DNA of 64,000 bases from Acidimicrobiia bacterium (GTDB lineage: Bacteria > Actinomycetota > Acidimicrobiia > Acidimicrobiales > Bin134): contig JAJDYE010000016.1 in NCBI GenBank assembly GCA_022822905.1, positions 344,731 through 408,730 of the forward strand. The letters are read 5' to 3'. Made by a program: the position numbers and the translations under genes. The notes below the pieces were generated by a model. The model worked only from the letters and a program-made list of their open reading frames with translations. It was not told the DNA's origin and made no database searches. This document shows positions 35,876 through 45,618 of this stretch, one piece after another; positions within the stretch are counted from its first letter, which is position 1, and each line of letters starts with the position of its first letter.

Positions 35876-36733
35876 TTACGCCGTATCCAGCAACACTCGA
35901 GCCACCAAGTCCATCCCAAACCCGGTCAGTATCCCCAGATACAAGAGCCCTGTTGCCGCCATCACCGCCGAGTAGAACCGCTCCCGCAACGCGGCGCGGG
36001 CCAGCACCACGAGACCTGCGGTAGTCACCACGCACGCTACCCAGAACCAGCCCAGCAGCCCGTTGTAGCCATCGTCGATGGTTCCGCTGAGCACCGATCC
36101 CATGCCAGTGGGCCACAGCATCACCACCAGCTCGGGCAGCCACAACAGCCCGGTCCAACGCACCAGCTCCAGCAGCGGGCCCCGAGCCAAGCCGGGCTGC
36201 ACCAGATACCAGTGGCCCAAGAGCATGGCATCGGTCACCGCACCGAGGAAGAACGCCCCGATCACGGTGCGGGCCACGGCCAGTGCGGCCGGATCGCCCG
36301 CGTCCAACCCTCCGGCCACCACCCCGATCAAACCCACTGCCGGCGCGATCAGGTCCAGCACGGGGGGGAACTCCGGCTGGGTGCGGTCGAACCGCTGCTC
36401 CTCCCGGTCGATGCCGGTCATCTCGGCGATCTCCGCGCTGCGCCGTTCCACCCGCTCCCGCTGCCCGCTCACGCCAGCCCTTCGCCGCACCACCGACACC
36501 GCCAAAGCCAGACCAGTGGCCGCGGCGGTCGCCACTGCGGTCCAGTTCCGCACCGGCACCGGGTCGGTGGCAAAGCCCAGCCAGGCACCGCCCGCGGCAA
36601 CCAGCCCAAAGGTGCTGCGCATAAGCCAGCCGTAGCCCAGCCCGGCCTCCCGCCGTCGGGTGGTGAGCCAGGTGAACGCCAGCCCGCCCACAGCGAGTTG
36701 CAGCAGAAGCGTGGCCGGCTGAAGCTCGATCAC
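35876..36733 (-). CDS. hypothetical integral membrane protein (285 aa)
   Basis: It has about eight hydrophobic segments and no motif I recognise. A diverged copy of its last ~27 codons lies at 59807-59890. Confidence 0.55.
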   Translation of the reverse strand: MIELQPATLLLQLAVGGLAFTWLTTRRREAGLGYGWLMRSTFGLVAAGGAWLGFATDPVPVRNWTAVATAAATGLALAVSVVRRRAGVSGQRERVERRSAEIAEMTGIDREEQRFDRTQPEFPPVLDLIAPAVGLIGVVAGGLDAGDPAALAVARTVIGAFFLGAVTDAMLLGHWYLVQPGLARGPLLELVRWTGLLWLPELVVMLWPTGMGSVLSGTIDDGYNGLLGWFWVACVVTTAGLVVLARAALRERFYSAVMAATGLLYLGILTGFGMDLVARVLLDTA

Positions 36734-36784
36734 CTGCTGAGCGTAGGCCCGATGATTTCTCCGACTGGAACCGTGGGTTGCCAG

Positions 36785-37843
36785 CTATTCGGCGTTGCCC
36801 AATCGGACCCGCAAGCGGTCGAACGACACAGCGATGATCAGAAGGGCACCTTCGCTGAACTCGATCCAGAACGTGGGCACATCGGTTTGGATGAGCCCGT
36901 TCTCCAGCACATTCAGCACGAGCAAAGCGAGAAAGGTGCCGGCGATTGAACCCCGGCCACCCGAAAGGCTGGCGCCGCCGAGGATGATCGCGGTGACCAC
37001 TGTGAGCTCGAAACCGGCGCCGCCGTTGGTGGCTGCGCTGCCCACCTGCGACACCCGGATCAGCCCAGCCAAGGCCGTGGCCACCGTGGTCAGCACAAAC
37101 GCGATGAACAGCACTCGCCCGGTCCGGATGCCGGCGAGCCGGGCGGCATGGGGATTGGCGCCGACGGCGTACACCGAGCGCCCATACACGGTGTACTTGA
37201 GCAGGAGGTGGCAAGCGATGGACACCCCGATGAAGATCCACACCGGCGTGGGAATGTCCAAGAACGGGCGGCTCACCCCCAAATCGCCGAAGCCGTTTAT
37301 CCGGATGGTCTGCCCGTCACCGAGAACTTTGGTCAGCCCGCGGAACATGGCCAGACCGCCCAGCGTCACGATGATCGAGTTCAATCCGATCTTGGTCACC
37401 GCGAATCCGTTGAATGCGCCGATCAAAAATCCCAGGGCAATGGTGATCAGGAGCGCGACCCCGATGCTCACCCCCAGCCCGTACGGCGTGGTTTCGGCAT
37501 CAGTGGCTGTGGTGGCCACGGCCATGGTCATTCCCATGAGCCCGGCCACTGATCCAACTGAGAGGTCCACCTGGCCGCCGATGAGCAGCACCGTGGCCGG
37601 CATGGCGATGATGCCGATCACCGCAGAGTTCTGGGCAATGTTGACGAAGTTGTCGAAGTCGAAGAAGTACTCAGAAGCCAGCGAGAAGTAGAGGATCAAC
37701 CCCACCAGCACAAACAGCAGCGCCGCCGTCTCCGGGAGAGAGGCAATGGTCCTGCCCAACCAACCCAACCCACTGGACTCGGGGCCAGTTGAGCCGTCCC
37801 CGGTCGGCGCAGAGGCTTCAACGGTCTCGGCAGTCTCGTTCAT
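36785..37843 (-). CDS. sugar ABC transporter permease (RbsC/AraH-type)
   Basis: Polytopic protein directly downstream of a two-NBD ATPase and an RbsB-like binding protein. Confidence 0.8.
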   Translation of the reverse strand: MNETAETVEASAPTGDGSTGPESSGLGWLGRTIASLPETAALLFVLVGLILYFSLASEYFFDFDNFVNIAQNSAVIGIIAMPATVLLIGGQVDLSVGSVAGLMGMTMAVATTATDAETTPYGLGVSIGVALLITIALGFLIGAFNGFAVTKIGLNSIIVTLGGLAMFRGLTKVLGDGQTIRINGFGDLGVSRPFLDIPTPVWIFIGVSIACHLLLKYTVYGRSVYAVGANPHAARLAGIRTGRVLFIAFVLTTVATALAGLIRVSQVGSAATNGGAGFELTVVTAIILGGASLSGGRGSIAGTFLALLVLNVLENGLIQTDVPTFWIEFSEGALLIIAVSFDRLRVRLGNAE

Positions 37844-37844
37844 C

Positions 37845-39359
37845 TCATCCTCCTGCCTGGGTGAGCAACAAGCTCATGGTGATTTCATCTCCCGGCACTT
37901 CTGCGGTGATTCTGCCCTTGGCCGCTACATAGGCGCGATCGGCTACCGCCACCACTTCCTCATGATCCGAGGTGACGATCAATATGGCGGCACCCTCTGC
38001 GGCCAAATCGCGCAGAACCTTGTAGAGATCGGCACGGGCACCCACGTCGACACCCCGGGTGGGCTCGAGCAACACCAGCGCCTCCGCTCCTCGCTCGAGC
38101 CAGCGGGCCACCAGAACCTTTTGCTGATTCCCTCCCGAGAGCTCTTCCATCGGCTGGGTGGCTCGACCCTTGCTGCGAATAGACAGGCGGTCGTACCAGC
38201 GGTCGAATGCCTTCTGCTCAGTATCGGAGGTCAGAAGACCGCGGGTGGCGAGTTGGGGCCAAGAGGCCACCGCGACATTCTCTCCGACCGGACGCGACGC
38301 GAATGCCCCTCCAACCTTGCGGTCTTCGCTCAAAAACCCGATACCCCGACTTACGGCATCAACCGGACTAGACAGTTCAACTTGCTCACCGGCAACCTCG
38401 ATTTCGCCCGAGTGGATCGGCTCAAGTCCGAAGGCGCTGCGTCCAACCTCCAACGCCCCTGATCCGAGCTTGCCGTACAAAGCCACGACCTCGCCCCGGC
38501 ACACCTCGATGTTGATGTCGCTGAATCCACCGTGTGACGACGCCTCCCGCCAGCGAAGAGCCACCTCTCCACGCTCGCCGGCGGCATCTTCTGGTCGGCC
38601 TGTGACGATGTCGTACCGCCCCACCATGGCCGCCACCAACTGGCCGCGGTCCACGGCGTCGGTGTCGGCGACAAGGGCGACATCCCCATCCCTTAACACT
38701 TGAACCCGATCAGCCAGTTCGAACACCTCGTCGAGACGGTGGGTTATGTAGATGATCGCCTTGCCCTGGTCGCGCAGGCGTCGCACCCGCTCGAACAGAA
38801 CATCCGCCTCGTGCTGGGACAGCGCTGCCGTGGGCTCGTCGAGAATGAGCACGCGGGCCTCGCTGGAGAGTGCCCGGGCGATCTCGACGATCTGCCGCTC
38901 TCCCACCGCCAGTGATGACACGTTCGCCTTGGGGTCGATTTCTGCTTCAAGAGATTCGAGAACCTCCTGGGCCAACTGATTCATCTCCCGCCAGAGGACC
39001 ATTCCCCGCTTCTGGGGCAGCCGGCCCAAAGCGATGTTCTCAGCCACCGTCAAGGTGGGGGCATCGTTGAACTCCTGGGCGATCATGGCGATGCCCGCGG
39101 CTCTCGACTCGATGGGGGTGAGGACGTGATGAGCCTCACCGTCGATCACCACCGATCCCGCAGAGGGCCGGTAGTCGCCCGCCATGATCTTGACCAGGGT
39201 GGATTTCCCGGCGCCGTTCTCACCGAGCAAGGCGAGAACAGAGCCGGAACGAGCCTCGAGGTCCACGCCCTTGAGCACCTCGACTCCGCCGAACGACTTC
39301 CTGATCCCCGCCGTGGCGATCACAGGCACCGTTGACACCGCGGTATCGGCGGCGCTCAT
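37845..39359 (-). CDS. sugar ABC transporter ATP-binding protein (duplicated NBD, RbsA-type)
   Basis: Walker A GENGAGKST; two LSxGxxQ-type signatures (LAVGERQ, LSGGNQQ); Walker B LILDEPT; 504 aa. Confidence 0.88.
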   Translation of the reverse strand: MSAADTAVSTVPVIATAGIRKSFGGVEVLKGVDLEARSGSVLALLGENGAGKSTLVKIMAGDYRPSAGSVVIDGEAHHVLTPIESRAAGIAMIAQEFNDAPTLTVAENIALGRLPQKRGMVLWREMNQLAQEVLESLEAEIDPKANVSSLAVGERQIVEIARALSSEARVLILDEPTAALSQHEADVLFERVRRLRDQGKAIIYITHRLDEVFELADRVQVLRDGDVALVADTDAVDRGQLVAAMVGRYDIVTGRPEDAAGERGEVALRWREASSHGGFSDINIEVCRGEVVALYGKLGSGALEVGRSAFGLEPIHSGEIEVAGEQVELSSPVDAVSRGIGFLSEDRKVGGAFASRPVGENVAVASWPQLATRGLLTSDTEQKAFDRWYDRLSIRSKGRATQPMEELSGGNQQKVLVARWLERGAEALVLLEPTRGVDVGARADLYKVLRDLAAEGAAILIVTSDHEEVVAVADRAYVAAKGRITAEVPGDEITMSLLLTQAGG

Positions 39360-39413
39360 CAGCAGGCCCTCATCTCAATGCAGCTTGCCACTGACAATGA
39401 GATTCGTCAGGGA

Positions 39414-40385
39414 TCAGCCGCAGTCGGTGACCTCGTAGATGTCCTCGATGTTCTCCGAGTTGATGATCTGATGCTCGGTGAACAGGAGTTCGTCAACGGA
39501 CTCCCCGGCCAGGAGCTTCTGAGCAGCGGGAATCAGAATCTCTCCATACCGCTCGGGGAAGTACGCCGTGGAAGCGACGTAGTTCGGATTGTCGCGAACC
39601 TCGCACCAGATGCTCGGATCGGTGCCCTGTCCGGAGTAGTAGAGGTCGCCGTCGCGCCCGAGGGTGCGAGCCGCGGCCAATGCGCCGATGATCCCGTCCT
39701 CGTTGATGGCCACAACGGCAATCCGATTGCCGGGCAGAGCCGGTAGCAGGTCGGTCACCTGCTCGAGGGCGGTATCAGTGCGGTCGGCGCCGTCGAGGAC
39801 TCGCTCGTTCACGATGTCGCAGTGCTGGGTGAATCCTGTGCGATAGCCGCCCATGCGGTCGGTGTTGGCCGCACCCGCTGCGGTGGACTCAAGGGAGATG
39901 TAGCCGTCGTACTCGCAATTGAAGTTGTCCTTGAAGTACTTCCCTATCGCGGCACCGGCCATCTCCCCGGCACCGGCGTTGTTGGCCCCCATGAAGGCCA
40001 CTTCACAGGGCGGCTGCACAATGTCGATGGCAATGGTGGGCACATCCCCGTAGGCCGCACAGATCTCGGGGCTGGACTCCTGGAAGACCTGGAAGTTCAA
40101 CACCACATCCACATCGCGCTGGCCGAGAAGCTGAGCGCACGACAGTGCCTTGGCCGCGTCAATTTCTGAGTCGCAGAACACCAGATCTAGACCGGCGGCG
40201 TCAGCTTCCTTTTGGATCGAGTCCGAGACCAGCTTGACGAACGGAACCGAATCTCCCAGGGAGATGTAGCCAACCGTGCCGTCGCCGCCGTCGTCATCGT
40301 TGCCGCATGCGGTGGCAACCAGCGTGAATACCGCCAAAACGGCGATCACCATCTTGAGGCTCTTCCTCATCGTATCTCCCCTCAT
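39414..40385 (-). CDS. sugar ABC transporter substrate-binding lipoprotein (RbsB/LacI-type periplasmic binding fold)
   Basis: Signal peptide with a lipobox-like LVATAC, followed by GNDDDGG. ~320 aa. Confidence 0.75.
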   Translation of the reverse strand: MRGDTMRKSLKMVIAVLAVFTLVATACGNDDDGGDGTVGYISLGDSVPFVKLVSDSIQKEADAAGLDLVFCDSEIDAAKALSCAQLLGQRDVDVVLNFQVFQESSPEICAAYGDVPTIAIDIVQPPCEVAFMGANNAGAGEMAGAAIGKYFKDNFNCEYDGYISLESTAAGAANTDRMGGYRTGFTQHCDIVNERVLDGADRTDTALEQVTDLLPALPGNRIAVVAINEDGIIGALAAARTLGRDGDLYYSGQGTDPSIWCEVRDNPNYVASTAYFPERYGEILIPAAQKLLAGESVDELLFTEHQIINSENIEDIYEVTDCG

Positions 40386-40405
40386 CGCCGGGCATTCGCC
40401 GTGGC

Positions 40406-40419
40406 TGGAAACGTTTCTA
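40406..40419. promoter_or_regulatory. LacI-type operator palindrome, copy 1 (TGGAAACGTTTCTA)
   Basis: It lies 21 nt upstream of the binding-protein start codon and belongs to a 7-member motif family in this island. Confidence 0.6.
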
Positions 40420-40493
40420 GTCGAAAAAACTAGCGGGGGCCGATTGACAGCGCAACTCGCGTGTTGAGCCCTGCCCCAGTACTGCTCAGACCG

Positions 40494-41516
40494 CTAGGGA
40501 ATCAGCACCGAACGCAGCACTCTTCCGGCTTCGAGGTCGTCAAGCGCCTCGTTGGCCTCCGAGAGCGGGCGTTGGCGGCCCAACAGATGGTCGACTTTCA
40601 GCACACCCGAACGGTTGAGAGCCAACACCTCGCGGATGTCATCGGGAACAAATCCCCGAGAACCATGGACCGAAGCCTCTTTCCAGATCAGGTCCACCGC
40701 CCGAATGGAGAACGGCTCCACGCTGGAGCCTATGAGCAGCACCTGGCCCCCGATGCCCACCGCGGCAACCGCCTGGGCGTCCACTTCGGCCGACCCCACG
40801 GTCTGGACCACTATGGGCGGGCCGCCCGGCCCCGCGGCGGCGCGGACGGCTTCCACCACGTCACCGGCGCCGTCGGCCGCAGAAATGAGCACCCGAGCGC
40901 CCAACTGCTCGGCCAATTCCAGTTTGGCCGGCGAGCGGCTCACTGCGATCACGTCACAGCCCAGATGAGCAGCCACCTGGACGGCGTTCGACCCGATCCC
41001 GCCGACACCGAAGACCACCACGGTCATTCCGGGCTGGACATCTCCAACCCGGACGAGGGCGTGGTACGGCGTGGCCACCGCGTCGGTGAGCACCGCCACC
41101 GCGGCCAGGTCGTCATCGGGTTCCACCGGGATAAGGTTGCGGGCTGGGACCAGCACCTCGCTGGCGAAGGCACCGTCGTACTCCACTCCCATGCGCCGTA
41201 CCGACAGGCACATGTTCACCCGCCCGACGGAGCACATCGAACACTCCCCGCAATGCTCGATGTAGTAGATGGCCACCGGGTCGCCCTCTTGCACACCGCT
41301 CACCCCGGGGCCGATGCGGGACACCACCCCGGCAGCCTCGTGACCAGGCACGATGGGGAGCACCGAGTCGAATCCACCTTTGCGGAGAAAGACATCGCTG
41401 CCGCACACGCCACAGGCCTTGACCTGCACCACCACCTGATCAGGGCCGGGGGTCAGCGGCGATCGCTCGACAAACTCCAGCGCTTGCCCGTAGCCCCGTA
41501 GTTCAGCAGCTCGCAT
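40494..41516 (-). CDS. zinc-dependent medium-chain alcohol/polyol dehydrogenase
   Basis: CGVCGSD, GHEAAGVV, the structural-zinc cysteine cluster CGECSMCSVGRVNMC and the Rossmann motif VFGVGGIG. Confidence 0.85.
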   Translation of the reverse strand: MRAAELRGYGQALEFVERSPLTPGPDQVVVQVKACGVCGSDVFLRKGGFDSVLPIVPGHEAAGVVSRIGPGVSGVQEGDPVAIYYIEHCGECSMCSVGRVNMCLSVRRMGVEYDGAFASEVLVPARNLIPVEPDDDLAAVAVLTDAVATPYHALVRVGDVQPGMTVVVFGVGGIGSNAVQVAAHLGCDVIAVSRSPAKLELAEQLGARVLISAADGAGDVVEAVRAAAGPGGPPIVVQTVGSAEVDAQAVAAVGIGGQVLLIGSSVEPFSIRAVDLIWKEASVHGSRGFVPDDIREVLALNRSGVLKVDHLLGRQRPLSEANEALDDLEAGRVLRSVLIP

Positions 41517-41528
41517 ATCGACCTCCGA

Positions 41529-42647
41529 TCAGCCGGTGCCGGGCATCCCGAGCGCTCCGGCGTCGGGCAGCTCGGGGGCGTCGAAGTTGCTGGAGCCGAA
41601 CCGGTCGGGCTTTGTCCGACCGACCCGTATGTAATACTCCTCGGGCACCTGGGTGGGATCCTTGAACATCTGCCACTGGCACTTCTGGCGGGCGTCGGGA
41701 TCGCGGTCGGTGTCGGGATACACCGGAGGGTCGATCACCCGAACCGGATAGCCGAAGCGGTCGATGGGAAGCTCCTCCATCAAAACGATGCAGTGGGCGC
41801 AGTAGAGGCAGACCCCTTTGGTGAAGTGGTTCCACGAGGCCTCTTCTTTGGCCACATCCCAGTTGTAGGGGGGATCCATCCGGGCTGGTGTGTCCTCGAT
41901 CCAGTCGCCCCGCACGGTGCGCTGCCCCGATCCACACGGGTCGAACCGCAGTATGAATCGGTCGTCGGTCTCGATCAGATCGAAATCACCGGTGCGCTCA
42001 GGGCCGACGAGGTGGCCCCGCATCGCCTCGCAAGCCACCAGCATCAGCGTTTCCAGCCCCTCGTCCCACGGGTGCTGGTCGATGTCGAACTTGTTGTATC
42101 GCCACGAGAACAGCGGAACCAGCACTCGCTGGTACATGTCGGCGATGCCCTGGGCCCCATGGCGCTCCTGAATGGCATGCATGAGGCCGTAGGTGTGGTC
42201 GACATCGCGGTCGTGGGTCTGCCGCCACGTCTCCTTCATGGCGACCAGGTTCTCCAGCGCCTCTTGGGGCTGTTCCCGATAGATGCTGGCCAACAGTTGA
42301 CGCTGCTCGGAGCGATACTGGTCCCAATGACGGTGGGGGTTCCACTGGCGTCCGTCGGGACAGGTGAGCTTGGACTGCACGTCAGAGTCAATGGCCTCGA
42401 CCACCTCGGCCGACGCCCCGCCGTCCCGCAGAAAGCCCCGCAAGTCGTTGATCCACTGGCGATAGAGGCTGAAGCACACGTTGGCCTCGTCGGTGAAGTA
42501 GTCGGCCAAATCGGCTGCGCTATCCCAGTCCCCGGCCTCGACGCTCTCGGCGATCTTCCGATATGTCGAGATCTTCTGGTCTTCCCACGATCCGAGGCGA
42601 ACCCGTCGTCCCACCACTTCAGAGAACTCGATTCTGGTCTCAGCCAT
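41529..42647 (-). CDS. uncharacterised Cys-rich protein, paralog 1 (372 aa)
   Basis: I recognise no family. It shares conserved blocks with 58620-59738: AMR.HLVGP.RTGD, FDPCGSG, KGVC.YCAHC, KC.W. Confidence 0.7.
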   Translation of the reverse strand: MAETRIEFSEVVGRRVRLGSWEDQKISTYRKIAESVEAGDWDSAADLADYFTDEANVCFSLYRQWINDLRGFLRDGGASAEVVEAIDSDVQSKLTCPDGRQWNPHRHWDQYRSEQRQLLASIYREQPQEALENLVAMKETWRQTHDRDVDHTYGLMHAIQERHGAQGIADMYQRVLVPLFSWRYNKFDIDQHPWDEGLETLMLVACEAMRGHLVGPERTGDFDLIETDDRFILRFDPCGSGQRTVRGDWIEDTPARMDPPYNWDVAKEEASWNHFTKGVCLYCAHCIVLMEELPIDRFGYPVRVIDPPVYPDTDRDPDARQKCQWQMFKDPTQVPEEYYIRVGRTKPDRFGSSNFDAPELPDAGALGMPGTG

Positions 42648-42665
42648 CCGGCTGCTCCTCCCGCT

Positions 42666-42679
42666 TGGTAACGTTTCCA
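42666..42679. promoter_or_regulatory. LacI-type operator palindrome, copy 2 (TGGTAACGTTTCCA)
   Basis: It sits in the centre of the 35-bp divergent gap between 42647 (-) and 42683 (+). Confidence 0.6.
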
Positions 42680-42682
42680 GCG

Positions 42683-44131
42683 ATGAGTATACCCAGCCCC
42701 TACGAACCGGGCCATCGTCGGTCGGTTGTGCCCCGGGTTGCCGTGGTCGCCCCGTACTGGGACTTCTGGGAACCGACGGTAGGGCCGGAGCTTCGCACCA
42801 GGCGCGAGCGCCTGCTGGGCACCGTGGCCGACCGCATGGGCGAGTTGGGCGCTGAAGTGGTGTGGCAAGGACTTGTCGACCATGCCGACCAGGGCACGAG
42901 CATGGGGGCTGAGGCCGCCAGTGTCGGCCCCGACGCCGTGCTGGTGGTTCAGACGATGGCGGTGCCCCCGTCCTATGTCCAAGCGATGCTGGAACACCTC
43001 CCCCAGCCGGTGGTGATCTGGGCCATACAGGACTCCACCACCATCTCTCCCGACTTCGACGCCTCCCAAATCACCTCGCTGGGCGCCACCGTGGGCACGC
43101 CCATGCTCACCAACCTGCTTCACCGTACGAGTCGGCCCTTCGAACTGGTGGTGTCGTCGACGGATGACCCAACGGCCGGCGAGGCGGTGGCCGACCGGCT
43201 CCGGGCCGGTGCCGTGGCCCATCGGCTCCGGGGGGCCCGGTTGGCCCGAGTGGGCCGACCCATGGACGGATACGTGTGCGTGGACGCCGACGACGACGAT
43301 CTCCACCGGGCCCTCGGAATGCAGGTGGTACACATCAGCCCCCAGGAGGTGAAGGATCGCTACCAGGCCGTTGGCGACGACGAAATCGCCGCAGCGCGAC
43401 AAGAAGTGGACCGGCATTTTGCGGTTGGTGACAGCCCTCCCCAGGAAAACCTGGCCCGAACGCTGCGGCTGGCCGTGGCCATGGAGACGCTCGATCGGGA
43501 CAACTCCATCGCCGCAGGGGCCATCAACTGCCACGTTCCCGAGATCCGCTTCGGCGACGATCCGGGGCTGACTCCGTGCTTCGGACTGGGCTGCGAGACC
43601 ACCCGGGGCATCCCCTGGAGCTGCACGGGAGACGTGCTCACCGCGGTGGCCATGCTGGTGGCCAAGGGGCTGTCTGGCGCCGCCCTCTACCACGAGGTGG
43701 AGGCCATCGACTTCGAGACCGGGGAGGTGGCCATTGCCAACTCCGGCGAGCACGACTTGGGTTGGACCGCCGAAGGGCAGGCCCCCGGCTTCGAGCCCAA
43801 TCCGTGGTTCGCCCACGACCCCCGCACGAGCTTTCGGGCGCATTTCGAGCTGCCCGCGGGCCCGGCTTCGTTGGTGGGGTTTACCCACCAGCCCGATCAC
43901 CCATCCGGGTTCGGATTAGTGGTGGCCGAAGGGGAGATCACCGGCCGTGAGCTGCCCTGGAATCCCACCGCAGGAGGGGTATTCCGTTTCACTACCAGCC
44001 CGGTGACCGAGGCATGGACCCGCTGGGCCAGTGCCGGAGTCAACCACCACAGCGCCATAGCCCCAGGACACTTGGCCCAGCCGGTGGCGTCGGTGGCCAG
44101 ATTCGCCGGGGTGGAGTGCGTGGTGGTTTGA
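42683..44131 (+). CDS. L-arabinose/L-fucose isomerase-superfamily protein (tentative)
   Basis: Overall layout resembles AraA: VAVVAPYWDFW..., AVLVVQTMAVPPSYVQAML..PVVIWAIQ, C-terminal GVNHHSAIAPGH...A.FAGVECVVV. Start at ATG 42683, downstream of the operator. Confidence 0.5.
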   Translation: MSIPSPYEPGHRRSVVPRVAVVAPYWDFWEPTVGPELRTRRERLLGTVADRMGELGAEVVWQGLVDHADQGTSMGAEAASVGPDAVLVVQTMAVPPSYVQAMLEHLPQPVVIWAIQDSTTISPDFDASQITSLGATVGTPMLTNLLHRTSRPFELVVSSTDDPTAGEAVADRLRAGAVAHRLRGARLARVGRPMDGYVCVDADDDDLHRALGMQVVHISPQEVKDRYQAVGDDEIAAARQEVDRHFAVGDSPPQENLARTLRLAVAMETLDRDNSIAAGAINCHVPEIRFGDDPGLTPCFGLGCETTRGIPWSCTGDVLTAVAMLVAKGLSGAALYHEVEAIDFETGEVAIANSGEHDLGWTAEGQAPGFEPNPWFAHDPRTSFRAHFELPAGPASLVGFTHQPDHPSGFGLVVAEGEITGRELPWNPTAGGVFRFTTSPVTEAWTRWASAGVNHHSAIAPGHLAQPVASVARFAGVECVVV

Positions 44132-44165
44132 GGCCGCGGCCTTCACGCCTAAGCCGTCGAACCCC

Positions 44166-45557
44166 TCACACCGTGGCCAGCTGAATCCCCAGCAAGTCGG
44201 CCACTGCACCGAGGTCGCCGCGGCAAGCGCCGGGAAGAAGCGCCGCATGGTGGGTGGCGCCCGCCTGACACCAGCGCTGGTACGCCTCAGCCACCGGCGA
44301 CGATGAGAATCGGAACATGGCGTTGGGACCTTCCATTCGGTGATGCCGGGAGCCGATGACCTCTCCCTCTGCCACCACCAAGATCCAGCCGCCCGCCGCC
44401 CCCGAGGCCGGGGTCAGGCTCACCAGCGTGGCCGGACCAACGGGCATCTCGAAGGCCACCGCCACGCCGGGGCCGTTGTCGCCGCGGTAGTGGTCTTCGG
44501 GCAATAGCCGAATGGTCGATCCCGGCGCCCGACCCGAGTAGTCGCCCTCTCCTCCGTTTGCCACCAAGATCCAGTTGCCGGACAGGTCGAGCTGATAGAG
44601 CTCGCAATACAGGGCCGAGTTTGCCACCGCCTTGCCCAGCATGAGCGCGATGGCGGTAGGGACGTCCCCGGTGCAGGCAAACGGGCTGCCCCTCTCGCTC
44701 ATCCGGCTCACCCCCAAACAGGCGGTTATCCCCACTCCTGGATTCCACCGCAGGGTGGGGCCGTGGCAGTTCACCGCCCCGCCACCCAGCCCGCGGGCGT
44801 CGCACAGGCCTTCGAGGGCAACGCTCAACCGGCACGACCGCTCCAACACCTCATCGGAAACCGCCTCGGCGTCGGCTACCCCTTGCACTTCCTCGATCTC
44901 CTGCCGCACATGGGCCTCGGCGACCGCGGCGTATGCCTCCGATAGCTCCGGGGCGGTGACGGCCTCCACCTGCACGCCCAGCCGAGCCAGATCGTCGTCG
45001 GTGGCCAGCACATCGCTGTAGCCGTCCATGGGCTGGCCCACCAGCGCGATCGGCCGCCGCCGTATGGCGGTCACCGCCGCCGCGGCCCGCATCGCCTGAT
45101 CCAGCGTGGCCGACAGCTCCGGCGTGCCCAACTCCCCCACCACAGAGGCAAAGGGGCACCCGTTGCGCACCAGCACGTTGGTGAACATCACCAAGCCCAC
45201 CGGGAGGCTACGAGCAGTTGCCATCTCCGTGTCGTAGTCGTCGGGCACCACCCCGCTCTCTTGGGCGCCCAGAACCACCACCGGCACGTCCGCGCCGCTC
45301 AAAGCTTGCTCGGACCAGGCCGGAGGCGCGGCCATGGTGGGGGCGAACACCACCATGTCCACCTCCTCGCGGGCGAACACCTTGGCCGCGTGCACCGCTT
45401 GGTCCATGCTGTCCACCAGTCCGGGATCCACCACCTCGCCGTAGGCGGCCAGCAACTCCCCCACCGCCGTGGCATATTGGCGGCGGGTCTCGCGGAACCC
45501 GGCCGGCATGGCCTCGTCGAAGAGCCCGAAGTACACCGAGAGCTGACCAATCCTCAC
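44166..45557 (-). CDS. L-arabinose/L-fucose isomerase-superfamily protein, diverged paralog (tentative)
   Basis: Same block structure (QLSVYFGLFDE..., C-terminal GATHHAALLPGA...LLGIQLATV). GTG 45557 is preceded by AAGGAAGG. The longer ORF to 45668 would run across the operator. Confidence 0.5.
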   Translation of the reverse strand: MRIGQLSVYFGLFDEAMPAGFRETRRQYATAVGELLAAYGEVVDPGLVDSMDQAVHAAKVFAREEVDMVVFAPTMAAPPAWSEQALSGADVPVVVLGAQESGVVPDDYDTEMATARSLPVGLVMFTNVLVRNGCPFASVVGELGTPELSATLDQAMRAAAAVTAIRRRPIALVGQPMDGYSDVLATDDDLARLGVQVEAVTAPELSEAYAAVAEAHVRQEIEEVQGVADAEAVSDEVLERSCRLSVALEGLCDARGLGGGAVNCHGPTLRWNPGVGITACLGVSRMSERGSPFACTGDVPTAIALMLGKAVANSALYCELYQLDLSGNWILVANGGEGDYSGRAPGSTIRLLPEDHYRGDNGPGVAVAFEMPVGPATLVSLTPASGAAGGWILVVAEGEVIGSRHHRMEGPNAMFRFSSSPVAEAYQRWCQAGATHHAALLPGACRGDLGAVADLLGIQLATV

Positions 45558-45591
45558 TGCAATCCCTTCCTTGCCGAGCGGCCCTGCATAC

Positions 45592-45605
45592 TGGAAACGA
45601 TTCTG
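45592..45605. promoter_or_regulatory. LacI-type operator palindrome, copy 3 (TGGAAACGATTCTG)
   Basis: It lies in the divergent gap between 45557 (-) and 45619 (+). Confidence 0.5.
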
Positions 45606-45618
45606 GCACAATGCCTCC

